Origin: Chrysomallon squamiferum
Lineage: Eukaryota; Animalia; Mollusca
Assembly: GCA_012295275.1 (NCBI GenBank)
Contig: CM022678.1
Coordinates: 1,984,001-2,048,000 of the forward strand
Length of the DNA: 64,000 nt
Reading direction: 5' to 3'
A program made the translations under genes and the position numbers. Positions 17,015 to 33,200 of this stretch are shown here, piece after piece. Each line of letters begins with the position of its first letter. Position 1 is the stretch's first letter. The notes beneath the pieces were generated by a model that ran no database searches, was not told where the DNA came from, and saw nothing but the letters and a program-made list of their open reading frames with translations.

Positions 17015-19245
17015 CGTTTATAGTTAATTAAATATTAATAAGAACACTAGAACAACAACAACAACAATACAATTAATGTGTGTATGTGGTGTATGTGTGT
17101 GTGTGTGCATTGTTATTGTTGTGGATAATAAATTTAAATTAATAGTAGTAGTGTGTGTGTAATGTGTGGTTAATTAAATAATAATAGTAAACACTAGAAC
17201 AATTATAATAATACAATAATAATAATAATAATAATTTCCACGTTACGCACTAATTCGTTTTAATTACACACATCTAAATTAACGTTTCCCGTGACCTTGC
17301 GTCAGGCCAGCAGACCGATCACGTGATTAGGTCACGAGACCCGGTTTCCGATACGATCAGGTCAGAAAACCCGCTCTCTTTCCCTGACGTCACGTGATAT
17401 CTAATTAGTTACTGTACGAAGCAGCCGACATTAGTGATGCAGCTGATGTCTGCGTGACACTGCTGTTGCTGTTGACGTCTTATTGTTGTCGGTTGTTTGT
17501 TGTTCATTATTTATTGTCCTTCTTTTTTTTTCCCCTCTTTGTTTTTTTTCGACTTTTTTTTTTTTTTTTTTTTTTTGTCTTCTTTATTGCCTATTGTTAT
17601 TGCAGTTGTTGTTGTTGCTTCTGTTATAACGATTATTGCTGTGATTGTTGTTATTGACACTGTCATTGTCGTTGTGTTTGTCATTATATACAGAACAATA
17701 GACAAATACATGGCTGGTTGACATGTTTGTATGCGCATATATACATGAATATGGATGGATGTATGTACGTATGTATGTATGTACGTGAAACTGTATGTAT
17801 GTATATAGGTAACCTACTAATTACAAAACAAATCAGGATGTATTAAGAATGTATTAAAATATTTTTGTACATTTCAAAGATGATTGTTTATTTCTGTCAC
17901 ATTTGTTTGTTGCTGTCAGTTTTACCGTGAGAGGTTCACCTAAATAGAATTCAGAAACATCAAAACTGATTGACTTAATTATTATTATCTTCTTTTTTTT
18001 CTCTTCTTTTTTTTTTTATTATTATTATTATTTTTTTTGCGCATTAACATTACCTCCCGTCACAGAAATCACAAGAGGACAATTAATGAAGGTAATTTAA
18101 CGAGCCGGTTTATGTTTCAAATTGTATACGCACGTTAATTATGCATGGTTGCGTTCAGAGTTGTTTCAAAGGGAGGTGAATCATGCGTGGTCATTTATGC
18201 GTGAATGGAGTCCAGGGGACTAAATTAAGGTGGGGTCTAAACTGATAAATAATATTTTGGAAAAGGATTGTGAGGCATGCAAAGAAAAAAAAAATTGTAA
18301 ATAATTAACTAAAATTAATAAATAAATTCATTCAAAATACTGAAATAAAAAATAAATGATAATAATAATATTAATTAATAGGTATACCTACACAAACCGA
18401 GATACGATCAGAAAAAAAAAAAGAAAAAAGAAAGAATAAACGAAACAAACAAACAAACAAACAAACAAACAAACAATAGCAACTGAAACATGCGTTTATA
18501 ACACAACACACCCACACAAACGTTTACAAACACTGACACGTGACACAAACACACAAAATACTTAGACACGCAGATACGCACTCATTCACACACAAACGCA
18601 CACAAACACATCTACCCAGTAATTACGGTACACTAGAAACATTTCTTTAGCTAACAGTAAACTGAGGGAACGACACAAAACGATCTCTGACAGCCTATCT
18701 TTGACTTGACGGTAGATGGCGCTGTCTCCAGATACGTATCTGACAGGTGGGCGGAGGTCTTTGGGTGGGACGAGTGGAGCAGATCAGTTTAAGATTACAG
18801 TTTAAAAAAAAATTAGTTTTAAAAATTAGTTTTAATTTTCTGAGATGTCCTGTCAAACATCTGATTAATTATTCAACGATTTTTTTTTTTTTTTTTTTTT
18901 TTTGCTCGAGATGGGGGGGGGATCAGGTTTCAGTTTCGTATTGATTTTTTGTTTTGTTTTTGTGGGTAGGGTTTGGGGGGGTTTTGTTGTCTGTTTCTAT
19001 GTATTTGTTTACTTGTTTGTTTGCTTGTTTGCTTGTTTTTATTTATTTATTATATTACATTACATTATATTATATTATATATATATTATATACTTAGTAG
19101 GAATAGTAGTAGTTCTAGTAAAAAAATGTTAGTAGTAGCAGTAGACAGTAGTAGTAGTAACGGTGGTAATAATAGTAGTAATAGTACTAGTTATAGTAGA
19201 AGTAGAGGCGGTAGTAGCTTTAGTAATGATAGTGGTGATAGCTAG

Positions 19246-19246
19246 T

Positions 19247-19322
<76 letters not shown>
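19246..19322. repeat. (TAG)n trinucleotide microsatellite
   Basis: Directly visible. Confidence 0.95.
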
Positions 19323-19989
19323 AGGCAGTTGTATTAGCATCAGTTTTAGCATTATTATTATTTAAGGTTATTCTTTTATATATATATATACATAAATGTG
19401 TATGTGTATGTTTTTGTGTGTATGTGAGTATGTTGTGTGTGTATGTGAGTATGTTGTGTACGTATGTGTGTATGTGAGTATGTGAGTATGTTGTGTGTGT
19501 ATGTGTGTATGTCTGCTCGCTCTATGTGAACATTCAGTTATCTGTGTATTAAACAAACACTTATTTTTATATCGTCTTGTACATCCGTCTGTTCGTCTTT
19601 CAACCTCGTCTACTTTATGAATCAACGTGGTCAGCAACAAAACACAGTACACGACAGCTACCACTGTTCAGATGAGAGGATTAGCGAGGAAAAACAGACA
19701 ACCAGGAACGTGATGATCTGTCTGAAACTAAACATTTTACTTTACTTTGTCAAAGACTGGATTAAACGTGATACGTTATAAGTAGATTTAAACACTAATT
19801 TTTTTTAAAAAAAAATTTTTTAAGCTGCACGTGAGTGTTAATTTCAGTACAGGCTGAGGATTCCTTATCCCAGATTCCGAAATACGAAAGATTTTATTAT
19901 TATTATTATTATTATCATTATTATTGTTGTTGTTGTTGTTGCTGTAAATCTCTATTACCGTTCCAAAGGAATATTATTTTAAAAGTTAT

Positions 19990-20039
<50 letters not shown>

Positions 20040-20570
20040 CAACAACAACAACAACAACAACAAAAACAACAACAACAAGGTAATAATGTTACAATGACAA
20101 TGTTTATGACGATGATGGTGATGATGACGATGACGATGAAGTTGAGGACAAGAATAGACTGTAAAAAAGAGGAAAAGGAAAAGAACAAATTAATTTCACA
20201 GAAGATTTAACATAAAGAAAAAGAAAACGGGAAAAAATAAAAAAGCCCTAATACAGTCTATGCACGACTCAAACGGTAAAGCGCTCTCGACTTTTCACAT
20301 TTAATCTCGTTGTCTTTCGGGTTTTCAGCACTTGACAACGGGATTAACCGACATTACCCGAGTTTACCCGAGGACACCAGAATACATTCATACACAGATA
20401 CATACATGCATACATACATTCATACATACATACATACATACATACATACATGCATACACTTATACATTCATATTATTATTATTAGTAGTAAGTAGTAGCT
20501 GTTGGTGTCGCTGTTGTGATGACGGTGCTTGTAGAAGTGGTAGTGGTAACAGACAGACAGCAATGACAAA

Positions 20571-21022
<452 letters not shown>

Positions 21023-21380
21023 CAGCATTCTGTGAACGACTTAACGGGATTATCTAAGTGTTTGTGTCAACACACTTATATCAGATATTTCCGTATATGT
21101 GTACCTGAATGTCAAACAGGTGCGATGACCCAGTCACGTGACTGTCCTACATTAAACAGAACAGGATTATACCAGGATTTTATATAGTCGTGGCAACGTA
21201 CGTTATGATCACACATCGATCATTATAAAATATTTTATTACTTTTTTTTATTTCTGTCTCTCACTCTGTCCATATCTCTTTTTTTCTGTCTGTCTGTCTA
21301 TGTGTATGTTTTTTTTTTTTTTTTTTTTTTTTCATATCGGTCATCCTTACTCTTACATCAAGCGAGTCGAAGTTAGTTTA

Positions 21381-21567
21381 AAATTATTGTCGGGTCGCAA
21401 AGTCTTTCATTTCGGCGCCAAAAACCTCTCACCTCCCGCAGAGTGACGTCCCCTTTATCACCGCCAGGTGGCGTTCGATATCAGTGTCTCTGTCCACTCT
21501 CTTTGAATCGACGAGTTAGTCAATGAGAAAGTGAATAAAACACTTTCAGGACCCGACAGATTATTTT
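21381..21567. mobile_element. Degenerate ~190-bp foldback / MITE-like element
   Basis: Left end aaattattgtcgggtcgcaaagtctttcatt matches the reverse complement of the right end (aaaataatctgtcgggtcctgaaagtgttttatt). Central palindrome cgcca-gg-tggcg. Confidence 0.5.
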
Positions 21568-21928
21568 GGGAGAAAGGGGCAGTCGCATTGAACTAAATAC
21601 AGCGTTTATTGTTTCCTGTGAATTTCGTTTTAAAAGCTTGCTTGTTTGCAGAACGGATTTGATTTGACCCCCCGCTGTTGTTACAACCCCGCCTGACATG
21701 CGCCGTACAATGGCAGACGTTTAACCAAACCACTTCTTCGCATTAACAGACATCGACTTCTTTTGAAAACGTATGAACTGGAGTTTGGTTGAGTGTACAT
21801 AATAAAACGCGGTATATTTGTTGACAAAATAAAAGAAAACAAATGAGAAGTTGGTTTGCTTTTGGTAGTTAGAACCTGATTATTTATGTAAACGTCTTCT
21901 AAAAAAAAAATACGTTAACCAAAACTGG

Positions 21929-21964
<36 letters not shown>

Positions 21965-22782
21965 CGCTATGACTCAGCGTTATCAGTTTCATACGCGTCG
22001 ACCTTTCAAATGTTTGTTTTGAGTTTATGTACTTGACTGCGAAAATTGGTTTGAGTGTCTGTTACACGAGTATAAAGTTACATCACCGAGTTAGTACGTC
22101 TGTGTGCAACAGTGTCTCAGCTTTTATTTATTTATTCATTTATTATTATTTATTTATTTTTATTATTTATTTGTTATTATTATGTTTTTGTTGTTGTTGT
22201 TGTTTATTTATTTGTTTGTTTGGTGAGTGGATATCAATAAAATAATAGTGCTATCATATATATAAAGGTTGCCATTTTATCCCTTCACAAATTGTATCGT
22301 GACGTCATTGGTGTAATTTTTCTAACAACAAAAGTAACTTGACTTTTTCTAACAACATTAAAGAAACATTTGAAGTGAATTTTAAAATAATGATTTTTGA
22401 CGGAGCTGTTTTTGGGTTTGCTAACTGACAGAGAAAGTCTGAAACTCGGTGACTGGTACACGCACAAGACATAGGATCAAACCTTACCACTGCCATTACT
22501 CGTCTATTTCCCGTTCCAACACGACTCTTTTGTCACACTAACTTATTATGTACTCGCGCGTTTTTCGGAATCTCGTTTAAAAGAATCCTTGATGTTAAAA
22601 GATAAAACTGTGTGTCTCGTTTCTATGACATATAAAATTATAATTTGCTGAGAAATTTAAATTAAATATTTGTTCCATTTCACCACCACTTTGAAGAAAA
22701 CGCGTACACTACACTAGTTTTATAAAACTTCTGACGACATCAAATTCTAAGAATTGTGTGTGTCTCTTTTTATTTATTTATT

Positions 22783-22851
<69 letters not shown>

Positions 22852-23255
22852 TACTTACTTTTAAAATTATTGGATAATTATTTTTGTGCTTTTTAATCAA
22901 CATAATACATTTCGATAAATATCTACCAATTACTCCGAATTAACACGGACGTATCGTTAAGGCACTAAAGCACTTCATTTCATCATCATCTTTTATTACC
23001 CTGTAAAATGCTATATTTTAGTGATAAACTGTTTTTTTTTTCCACAGTCAGCTATAAAAATTCTGCACCGTGTCAAATTTCACACTCACGAAGAACCGGC
23101 CGAAAAAAATAACATTGTAATGAATATGTCACGTGACGTAGCCGTCTGCGTCATTTTAAATTGCGTCTGCACGTTTTAATCTAAATATCCGTTAATAGCA
23201 CGGTAATCGCGTGATCGTGAGAAGCAAATTATTCTTGATTTATGAATGTGAATCT

Positions 23256-23317
<62 letters not shown>

Positions 23318-23585
23318 CTGTAAGTACGTATTAATATCAGCTTAGTGTTAAAACAGTTGATAAAAATCGTGTTGCCTGTAAAATAAAGTATCTGAAGAAT
23401 GTGATACGACTGCCAGTGTTAGGTGTACAGGACAATCACAAAACAAGGAATAATTCAGTAAATAAAGTTTGTTGTAGAATAATCTGTATAAAGCTGTCAG
23501 GTGAAAAAATCGTAACAGACTAGACTTCAGAACTCATGCATGGATAACTCTAAAATAGAAAGACGAGAGAAAGATTTATAATAAC

Positions 23586-23625
<40 letters not shown>

Positions 23626-23861
23626 GAAATAATGGGAGTAGTAGTAGTAGTGGTAGTAGGAACAAATTAATAAACAACAGCAACAACAACAATAATAATA
23701 ATAATATGATGATGATGATGATGATGATGATGACGATAACGATGATTATAGTTTTTATAGGAGTAATGGGAAAATATAATTTGTCGTTGTTGTTGGTATT
23801 ATCATCATCATCATCATTTATTTATTTATTTATTTATTTACTTATTATTTTTCACTGCATC

Positions 23862-23931
<70 letters not shown>

Positions 23932-24229
23932 AATATGCATGCACTACTTAACCGTTGAACTCTTTATACGGAAGATGCAAAAAACGATTTATAAAATTAA
24001 ATTCGTGGACACAAATTTTTGGCTGTTATTTTGAAATACTTGAAGTACTTCCTTGTTCTACCTGGCTTTGTGTTATCCGGATGTCCAATTCAGTATTTTA
24101 TAGCACCAACACATGTCGTAATAGATTTACTTTGCTCTTAAAGACGATAATTTCCGTGAGTTTTTCAAGTAGAGAACAGGAAAGAGATTCTCGATGTATA
24201 TAATTATGTAACGAGACACCATACCTGTG

Positions 24230-24309
<80 letters not shown>

Positions 24310-24358
24310 GTGCAGAGGTTTCTCTTTCTCTTTCTGCCTTTTTTTCTTTCTTTCTGAA

Positions 24359-24403
<45 letters not shown>

Positions 24404-25094
24404 GACAACGAGAATGATTATGATGATTATGATAGATAATATTTGCTAAAACTAATCAATCATCACAGTTCTTGTTATTTCAGTATTAAACTCTGTATGG
24501 TATAAAATAACGCTGACTATAAATACGTTCTAACTTGTTTTAATTTTCAAGATGTCTAAGAACGTTTACAAAGCTTGGCGCATCAGGAACGCGGAATGAA
24601 ATCTAAAGACATAATTGTTTTTTTTTTTATGTGTATGTAGAGTGTGCTGGGGGGGCAGGGTTGCCGGTAGATATATGTATTTTATGATGTTTACGTAGAT
24701 ATACACAAATACGTCATTCTCTGTCTCGCACACTCACGACGTCACGGACATTGTAAGGTCAACAACACTGGTTGCTAGGCAGCGAGATAACGGTTCGGTC
24801 ACAGAGTAACTTTGGCAGGTACGCATGATTACTAAAATGTATCAATATATTTTGTTTTATTTATTTTTCTTTTCTTTTCTTTTTTTTTTTATGTTCTCTT
24901 CCTGGGTCTGAACAGAACGGTTTAATTTGGTTCAGTTCGGTTACATTCGGCTCCATTTAACAATTGTGTGTTCCGTCGGTCAAGTTCGGTTGCACTCGGT
25001 TCGATCCGTTAATTTCGACTCGGCTCGGCTTGATTTTATTGTTGTGTTGGGTAAACACGTTTAATTATAGTTATCAATTTAGTTTAATATTCTT

Positions 25095-25132
<38 letters not shown>

Positions 25133-25285
25133 ATTCAAACTATAAAGATGAAATGTTCAAGACGACAGACATTTGACTGATCATTTTCACAGAAAAGGCT
25201 ACTACAAATAAAGCATGTACAGAAACCAAGATATATCATTTAAAATTTATTTATGACATACATATTCTTTTCTCGTGAACACCTC

Positions 25286-25389
<104 letters not shown>

Positions 25390-27973
25390 ACAGTACACCT
25401 GAAGCCTAGTAATAATTAACGTAAAATACTAAAATGTCTTTATACAAAATTCATTTATTCCCTTTTGGTTTAATTTGAAAAAAAAAATAACGAAACAATT
25501 TAAAACAGATAGCACTATTTATTATCTGATAATGGAAAACACAAACCTCTTTGTTGTTTTTTTCAAAACATGGTTCACATCACTCATATATTTTCAATTA
25601 TCTAATATTCAAAATTAACTTGCAAACCCAAACAAAAATATAATAATAATAAAAATAAAAAATTGAGATTGGTCACGTAATATCTGGTACTCCACTTACG
25701 TCACAAACGTGTAGATAATGACGTCATTTCTGGTCTATGACATCATACATCTACCACAAACAATGGTTACTATGGTCATCAGTGATGTTACTTTAAATTA
25801 CGTAATATGATGACGTTATGAACTTTACGTCATCAACAGATCTTGAAATCTGATCACAAAATACATGTCGCATGACAAAGATTAAAACGCTGATGTAACA
25901 AATACGTCACAAACACAAGGGACAGGATGACAAACGTAACATCAGAATCACAGACAGGTTAGTTTGTTACTGATTCTTCACTAACATCATACAGTTCAGT
26001 GAAAAGAATGTACCACTCTGAGCAATGTAATGTGTATGCATGCATACATACATACATACATACATACATACATACATACACACATACACACACATACATA
26101 CTTACATATATATATATACATACATACATATATACATACACACATACATACTTACATATGCATATACATATATACACATACATGCACATACATACATGCT
26201 ACATTCATACATGCATACATATATACAAACACTGAACACTTAATACATCTAACATATATACATTATTATATTTTTTGTGTATATATATTCACATGCACAC
26301 ACACAGACACACACACACACACACACCTACACACAGACACATATACACACAGATACATACACATTATATAATACACCATTCCAAATATTTTCATGTACAG
26401 AATTCAGTATTTCTGTAATGACATGATACTCAAAATTCCATAAATAAATGTTAAACAGCCCTACTATACACATAATCATTTGTTACAATTCATGTATCTG
26501 AGTTCAGATCTCCATTTTCAGTTCTTTTTTACATATAACAATTTATATATACAATTATCTTAATAATTAAATTGAATGTAGATTTCTTTACTTAATAATA
26601 AAATAATAATATACAAATGATATGCAATATTAACTAATGCTACTGTTACTACTACTACTACTACTAATAATAATAATAATAAAAATAAAAATAACAATAA
26701 TAATAATAGTAATAAAGAGAATAATAATGATTGTAACAATAACAATAATAATAATAATAGAGAGAATAATAATGACAGTAACAGTAACAATAATGATAAT
26801 AATAATAATAACACACTCACACATAAAACAAAGAGAAAAAACAAATCAATATGTAAAGGATAACTTTCATAGAAACACAAATGCCCATGTTAAAAAGACA
26901 ATTTTTCAATCCCTCACAATGTAAAATATTGTGCTGAACAAAAATGTTTAAAAAATATATACAGCTAAGTTACCAGTTGACATTTGTATCACAAAACATA
27001 TTTTAAACGTTTTATACACTGGTGTATGGTGGGTTCATGTTTGTATTTTCTTTTCATTAGCTTTAAATCACAGGTGAAATGAATTAACTATTATTTTGAT
27101 ATATATATATATATATATAAGATATATATACATATAAAATAAAAACAGAAAGATAGCTGAATGGCTTGGCAGATGGAATGAAGAATACTATTTTATTAAT
27201 TAAACTCTGATTTTTCTGTAGTTGTACTGACATGTTTAAAATATATAATTTAAAATGTGATTATAGCTTAGGTATTTTACTTTACTACTGCTACTTGTTT
27301 CAAAATGTTTTTAAGGAATATTAAATATAATTGTTAATTTGATATATCTATATATCTATATATAAAAATAATAATAATAATAAAAAATTAATAATCAAAA
27401 TAATAATAATAATAGTATAAATAATAATAATAATAACAACAATTATAAAAATAAAATAGTAAAATAATAATAAACTTAAAATTAGCAGTAACATTAACAA
27501 TAACAATTATAATAATAATAAAGAAAAGCAGAAGCATATTTTATTTAAGACAAGTCTTTATCTCAGAATAATAATAATAATAATAATAATAAAATTTTAA
27601 AGCACTGAAAATGATTGCAACTGATAATAAATAAATCACATTATCTGAAAATCTGTATGAAGGACAAAAACTAACTTACATACATATAAAAATATTTCCA
27701 GTATGAAAATAAACTTTTATTACACATTTTGGAAGAATTTTAAGCCCTGTTTTCTGGTTATATATTCAGATATATATTTATATATATATGTATGTATGTA
27801 TGTTACTTGTTAATATGTTACTAACAACTTCAGTTAGTGAGTTAGCAGGTTAGAAAATCATTTCTTAGACATTACAATAAAAGAAAAGTCAAATACAGGA
27901 TTTTAACCAAAAATATTACCAACATCATAAAAAATAAATAATAAAAATAAATTATAGATAATAATAATATCAA

Positions 27974-28059
<86 letters not shown>

Positions 28060-28195
28060 TAATAGTAATAATAACAATTAATTAATTCATTCATTAACAA
28101 CAAAACTTTTGAAAACAGATACAAGTCAGTTTTCATGTTGCAAATTTCGTATTAAACTAGGTAACAGACAACCTAGTATGTTATAGATTTATTAT

Positions 28196-28237
<42 letters not shown>

Positions 28238-28259
28238 ACACACACACACACACACATAC

Positions 28260-28320
<61 letters not shown>

Positions 28321-28954
28321 TGTTTTCAGTAATGTAATCTGTATACTCCTGAAATGACATAAAAAAAAATTATATTTTTAATTCATCCTTTTTTTTACCC
28401 CTAACAAATCTAAAACTAAATAACAAAAATATTCAAAGAATGAAAAACTTCACCAAAAATATATAGAGAAATTGAAATTGAAAATGAAATAATAATAATA
28501 ATAATAATAATTTAATAATCAGGATTTTTAAAAAAAGAAAACACAATAAAAACAACAGTACATTTCAAACTATGTAACAAAAAGAAAAATTTTTTAATAA
28601 AGATAATAATAATAATAACAAACATGTTTGTCTATCTAGTGAATAAAACAGTAAAGTAAAATCAACAACAAAAAAACCCCATTAAAAATAGAAGAAAATT
28701 TTAATAATAATATGATAATAATAATATTAATAACAATGATAATAATCATAATAATATAAATAATAAGACATCTATATATACATTAAAAATACAAAATACA
28801 CAAAGTATTTTCTATCTCTTCCATCACATAATGTTTTTTAATTCTTGTTAAAATTAGTCTATTTGAAAATAAAGACTACACATGATTTAAATGTTCTAAT
28901 AGTATCAGTACTGCATACTAGGGGCACACAACCGCAGGGGTAAGGGAGATAACT

Positions 28955-29050
28955 CTATGATTTTTGTTTGGCGTTTTTCTTCAGATTTGACAAGGCACTG
29001 TTGATACGAACTGTAAGCCTGTTTTCAAAATCATAGTCTTTGAAGTTATC
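28955..29050 (-). CDS. TTC39C: TTC39C exon 13 (DNFKDYDFENRLTVRINSALSNLKKNAKQKS*)
   Basis: tttccag acceptor; conserved YDFENRL; TAG stop. Confidence 0.93.
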   Translation of the reverse strand, partial: DNFKDYDFENRLTVRINSALSNLKKNAKQKS

Positions 29051-30005
29051 CTGGAAAAAAAAATATTCCTTAAATTATCACTGATATTGTTGTTGTTGTT
29101 GATGATATTGTAATTATAATTATTATCATCATCATTGTTGTTGTTGTTGTTGTTGTTGCTGCTGCTGCTGTTGTTTTATTATTTATTATTATTACTGTTA
29201 CTGTTATTATTATTATTATTATTATTATTATGTATAACAAGAATAACATTAAAATTATAATAACAAAAGGATTATTTTACACACACACACACAGAGACAC
29301 ACAGAGACACACACAGACACACATAAAGAAAAAAGTAAAAAGTTTTACCTTAATTTTCAGTAACAGGGTCTTGGCTTCTGCATGTTTCTGGAAGCGTAAA
29401 ACGAGTTTGATTACGAAACAAGTAAAACTCAACTATCAGTTAAAAATACAGTTAAATACAGATCAAACATACGTCAAACATAATTCGCAGGGGTTTTTTT
29501 TAATTTTTTTTTTACAGGTGAAATTATAATATATTTAATAAATATTTTTACTACAGGTAAAATATCATATTATAATTAAGATGTTATCAAAGGTGAAATT
29601 ATGATAGTTTTTGTAATTAAAGGTGAAATTATTTTGGTATAACTTTTTTTTATCACAGGTGAAATTAAAATATCTTAAAATTGTTTTTATTACAGGTAAC
29701 TTATGAAATCTTAATTAAGACTGTTTTAGTTTCAGAGGGGGAATTAAAGATTTTTAATAAAAATAGGATTTTTTGTTTTATTATTACAGGTGAAATTGTG
29801 ATATTTTAATAAAGATTTTTATTGTCACAGATAAAACTGTTTTATTTTAATTAAACAGGTAAAATAAAAACTCACATCTGGGTACTTCATGTAGATGTTT
29901 GACAACTCAAACATGGCAAAAGCTGGAACATGAAAATCTTCCTTCATCCCTTGATGTCTGGCAACAGCTTCTTTTAAACACTGAAATAAATAAATAAATA
30001 AATAA

Positions 30006-30049
<44 letters not shown>

Positions 30050-30061
30050 AAATATAGATAA

Positions 30062-30092
<31 letters not shown>

Positions 30093-30181
30093 CATAAATA
30101 AATAAATAAATAGACAGATAAATAAATAAATAAATAAATAGATAAATAAATAAAAATATAGATAAATAAATAGATAATAGA

Positions 30182-30212
<31 letters not shown>

Positions 30213-33200
30213 AAATATAGATAAATAAACAGATAAATAGATAAATAGATAGGTATGTAAACAAATGAGTGAAATAAACAAATAAGTAAAACATAAATAA
30301 AATATTAAAATAAATAAAAGTATAATATACATTAAGTAAACAACTATTAAGAAAGGAAAAACAACATGTAAAACATTAACAACAAAAAATGTTAAAATGT
30401 TAACATACCGTGATTGCCATTTCTTCTTCTCCCAGTTCTCTGTAAATTCCTCCCTCAATGAGGCACTTCAGATGAAAAACCTTTGGTTCTTTCTGCACGT
30501 CACATACTGAAACACAGTTCAAAACTAATAAAACATTTTCTTATTTACGACATTTCCTACAAATCTGCAAGTCGCAGTACCAAACATTAAAACAAAATAA
30601 AATATCGTTTTTATTTACAGCATTTATAAAATATGCAGACTTGAGAATTGTAAGATGTTTTCAGTTACTGTGATTAAAATAAGAATCTAGTTTTAAATAT
30701 TATTTTAAAATACTGAACACATATACAATGGCAAAGGTTTAAAACAGAACTTTCAAGATAAATGTTTAAAATATGCAGAAAGATAAGAAAGACAAGAGGT
30801 GTTCAGTTATAAAACACAAATCTAGTTTTAAGTTTTAGTTTTAACTTTTCAGTTGAACTGACATACCTTCCATCATCGGCCGCAGCAGTTCCTCGCTGCA
30901 CGTCGGCAACGCATGCCACAGAAACAGCAACTCCAACGCCAGCAGACGCGAATGTTCCTGGGAGGGGGGAGACTTTTTGAATTTATCAGCCTGGAAAAAA
31001 AATAAAAAATTAAAATTTAAACAGAATTTTCAATAAACTGCAATGCAAATAACAGAGTGCAGAAGCAAGGGAAGTAACTAAGAAAACTGTAACACTGAGG
31101 AAGATAAAAAAATAATAATAACTTTTGAAAATCTGTAACACTGATACAAAAAAGATTCTTCCTCTTTGATTTCTTTTGAAATTTTAAAAAATTACATTCT
31201 GTTAAAAGCTGTTTAATTATTAGGATTATTTTTTAATGTGATTCAGTAAATAAATAAATATTAAACGTTGATGTGTCTGTAGACAAACAAAATAATAATA
31301 ATAGTAATAATCATAATAATAATAATAGTGATAATTATAATAATGATAAATAATAATAATAATAAGTAATAATAGCAACTTTAATGATAAAAACAAGAAC
31401 ATTAACAATATTAATAATAAGCAGAAAAAGAAACAGAAAATAAAGAATTCATTTCTGAAGTCAATATTTATGAAACAGTTTTCAGAAATTAAAATAAATA
31501 AACATCTTTTCAAATTTGTCTGACAAACAGAAAATCAAAGACTAAACTCTACCAACACAAGACTGTTCTAAACAAAACAAAAAGAAACAATTTCAGATGC
31601 TGATGAGAGCATTTAACTTCTGAAGTGAAAACTAATGTTACTTTGGATACAAACCCTGCGATTAACAAAAGCCTCGATTTGATTGTTTTTTCGCCGGACA
31701 AGGGAGGGAACTTGTTTCAGTATTTCGTGGCATCTGTCATGCTCACCCATTGCACCATGACAAACTAAGTAAAAAAAAAAAAATAAATAAATAAAAAAAT
31801 ACATTAACTTTAATATTAATTAAGTATTGAATAAAGAAAAATAAACATATCTGAGCTTACCACAAGCTAAACTGAGAAGAGAATAAAAATAAAAATAATA
31901 TTGATAAAAAAAAAAAATTCAAAAAATTGTATTATCCATTTTCCTTCACTAAAACAAAAATATAATATGACTGAAATAAAATAACAATAATCTGAACAAA
32001 GATAATTGTAATATAGATATATCTACTGAAATAAAATAATTTTAAAAATATATAATTTCTTTGGCTGTAAGATTACTGTAATAAGATAGAATAAACTAAA
32101 ATAAAATAATAATTAAAAAAAGATTTGTTACAGTGTAACTACCATAATCGGAACATTAAAATATTTTCTACAACATAAATATAACAAGATATATACTAAA
32201 ATTAAATTAAGAATTAAAATATTTAAAAAACACATACTTGCTACAAGATAAACATAATAAGATATATACTGAAATTAAATTAAAAATTTTAAAATTAAAT
32301 TTAAAAAACAGATACTTGCTACAAGATATATATAATAAGATATATACTAAAATTAAATTAAAAATTTTAATTTTTTAAATTTAAAAAACAGATACTTGCT
32401 ACAAGATAAATATAACAAGATACATATTCAAATTATGTTAAAAATTTAAGAATTTAAATTTAAAAACATGTACTTGCTACAAGATAAATATAACAAGAGA
32501 CTAAAATAAAAATTAAATTTAAAAACACGTACTTGCTACTAGGTAAATATAACAAGATACATACTAAAATAAAAATTTTAATTTTAAAACACGTACTTGC
32601 TACAAGGTAGGTGTAATAAGCCTTCGACCATCTCGATTCTGTCAGAAGTTTGCTGAAAATTTCCAAACATGTATCCCACTTCAGTTTCAACAGGTTACAC
32701 CAGCCTGGGAGAGGTAGAAGAATTAAATTTATTTATTTTATTTATACAAATTTTATTTGTTTATTTTAGTTATAAAATTCTTATTTATTTATTTTATTTA
32801 TAAAATTATTATTTATTTATTTATATAATTATTATTTATTTCAGAATCAGTACTTTATGTTGTAAAATGTTCAAAAAAAAAAAAAAAAAAAAAAAAAAAT
32901 TAAATTAAACAACAAAACCTCCCCCAAAAACGTGATTTGATATAATTTTACAAACAGCTAAACATATGTAGATGGACGTATGAATGGATGGCATGCAGGG
33001 AAAGACTGATATAAAGATATTTATAAAGTACACTGATCCATTCTTCACTGTTAATGCACACTAATAATTCATGTAATTATTTTAAATTGATATTAAAAAC
33101 AGATCTAAAAGGTATTTGTAATGTTTATTAAAAAAAAAAAAAAAATAAAAAAATACGTAAATATTTAAAATATTTAACATTGATACAAAGGTACTTTTTG

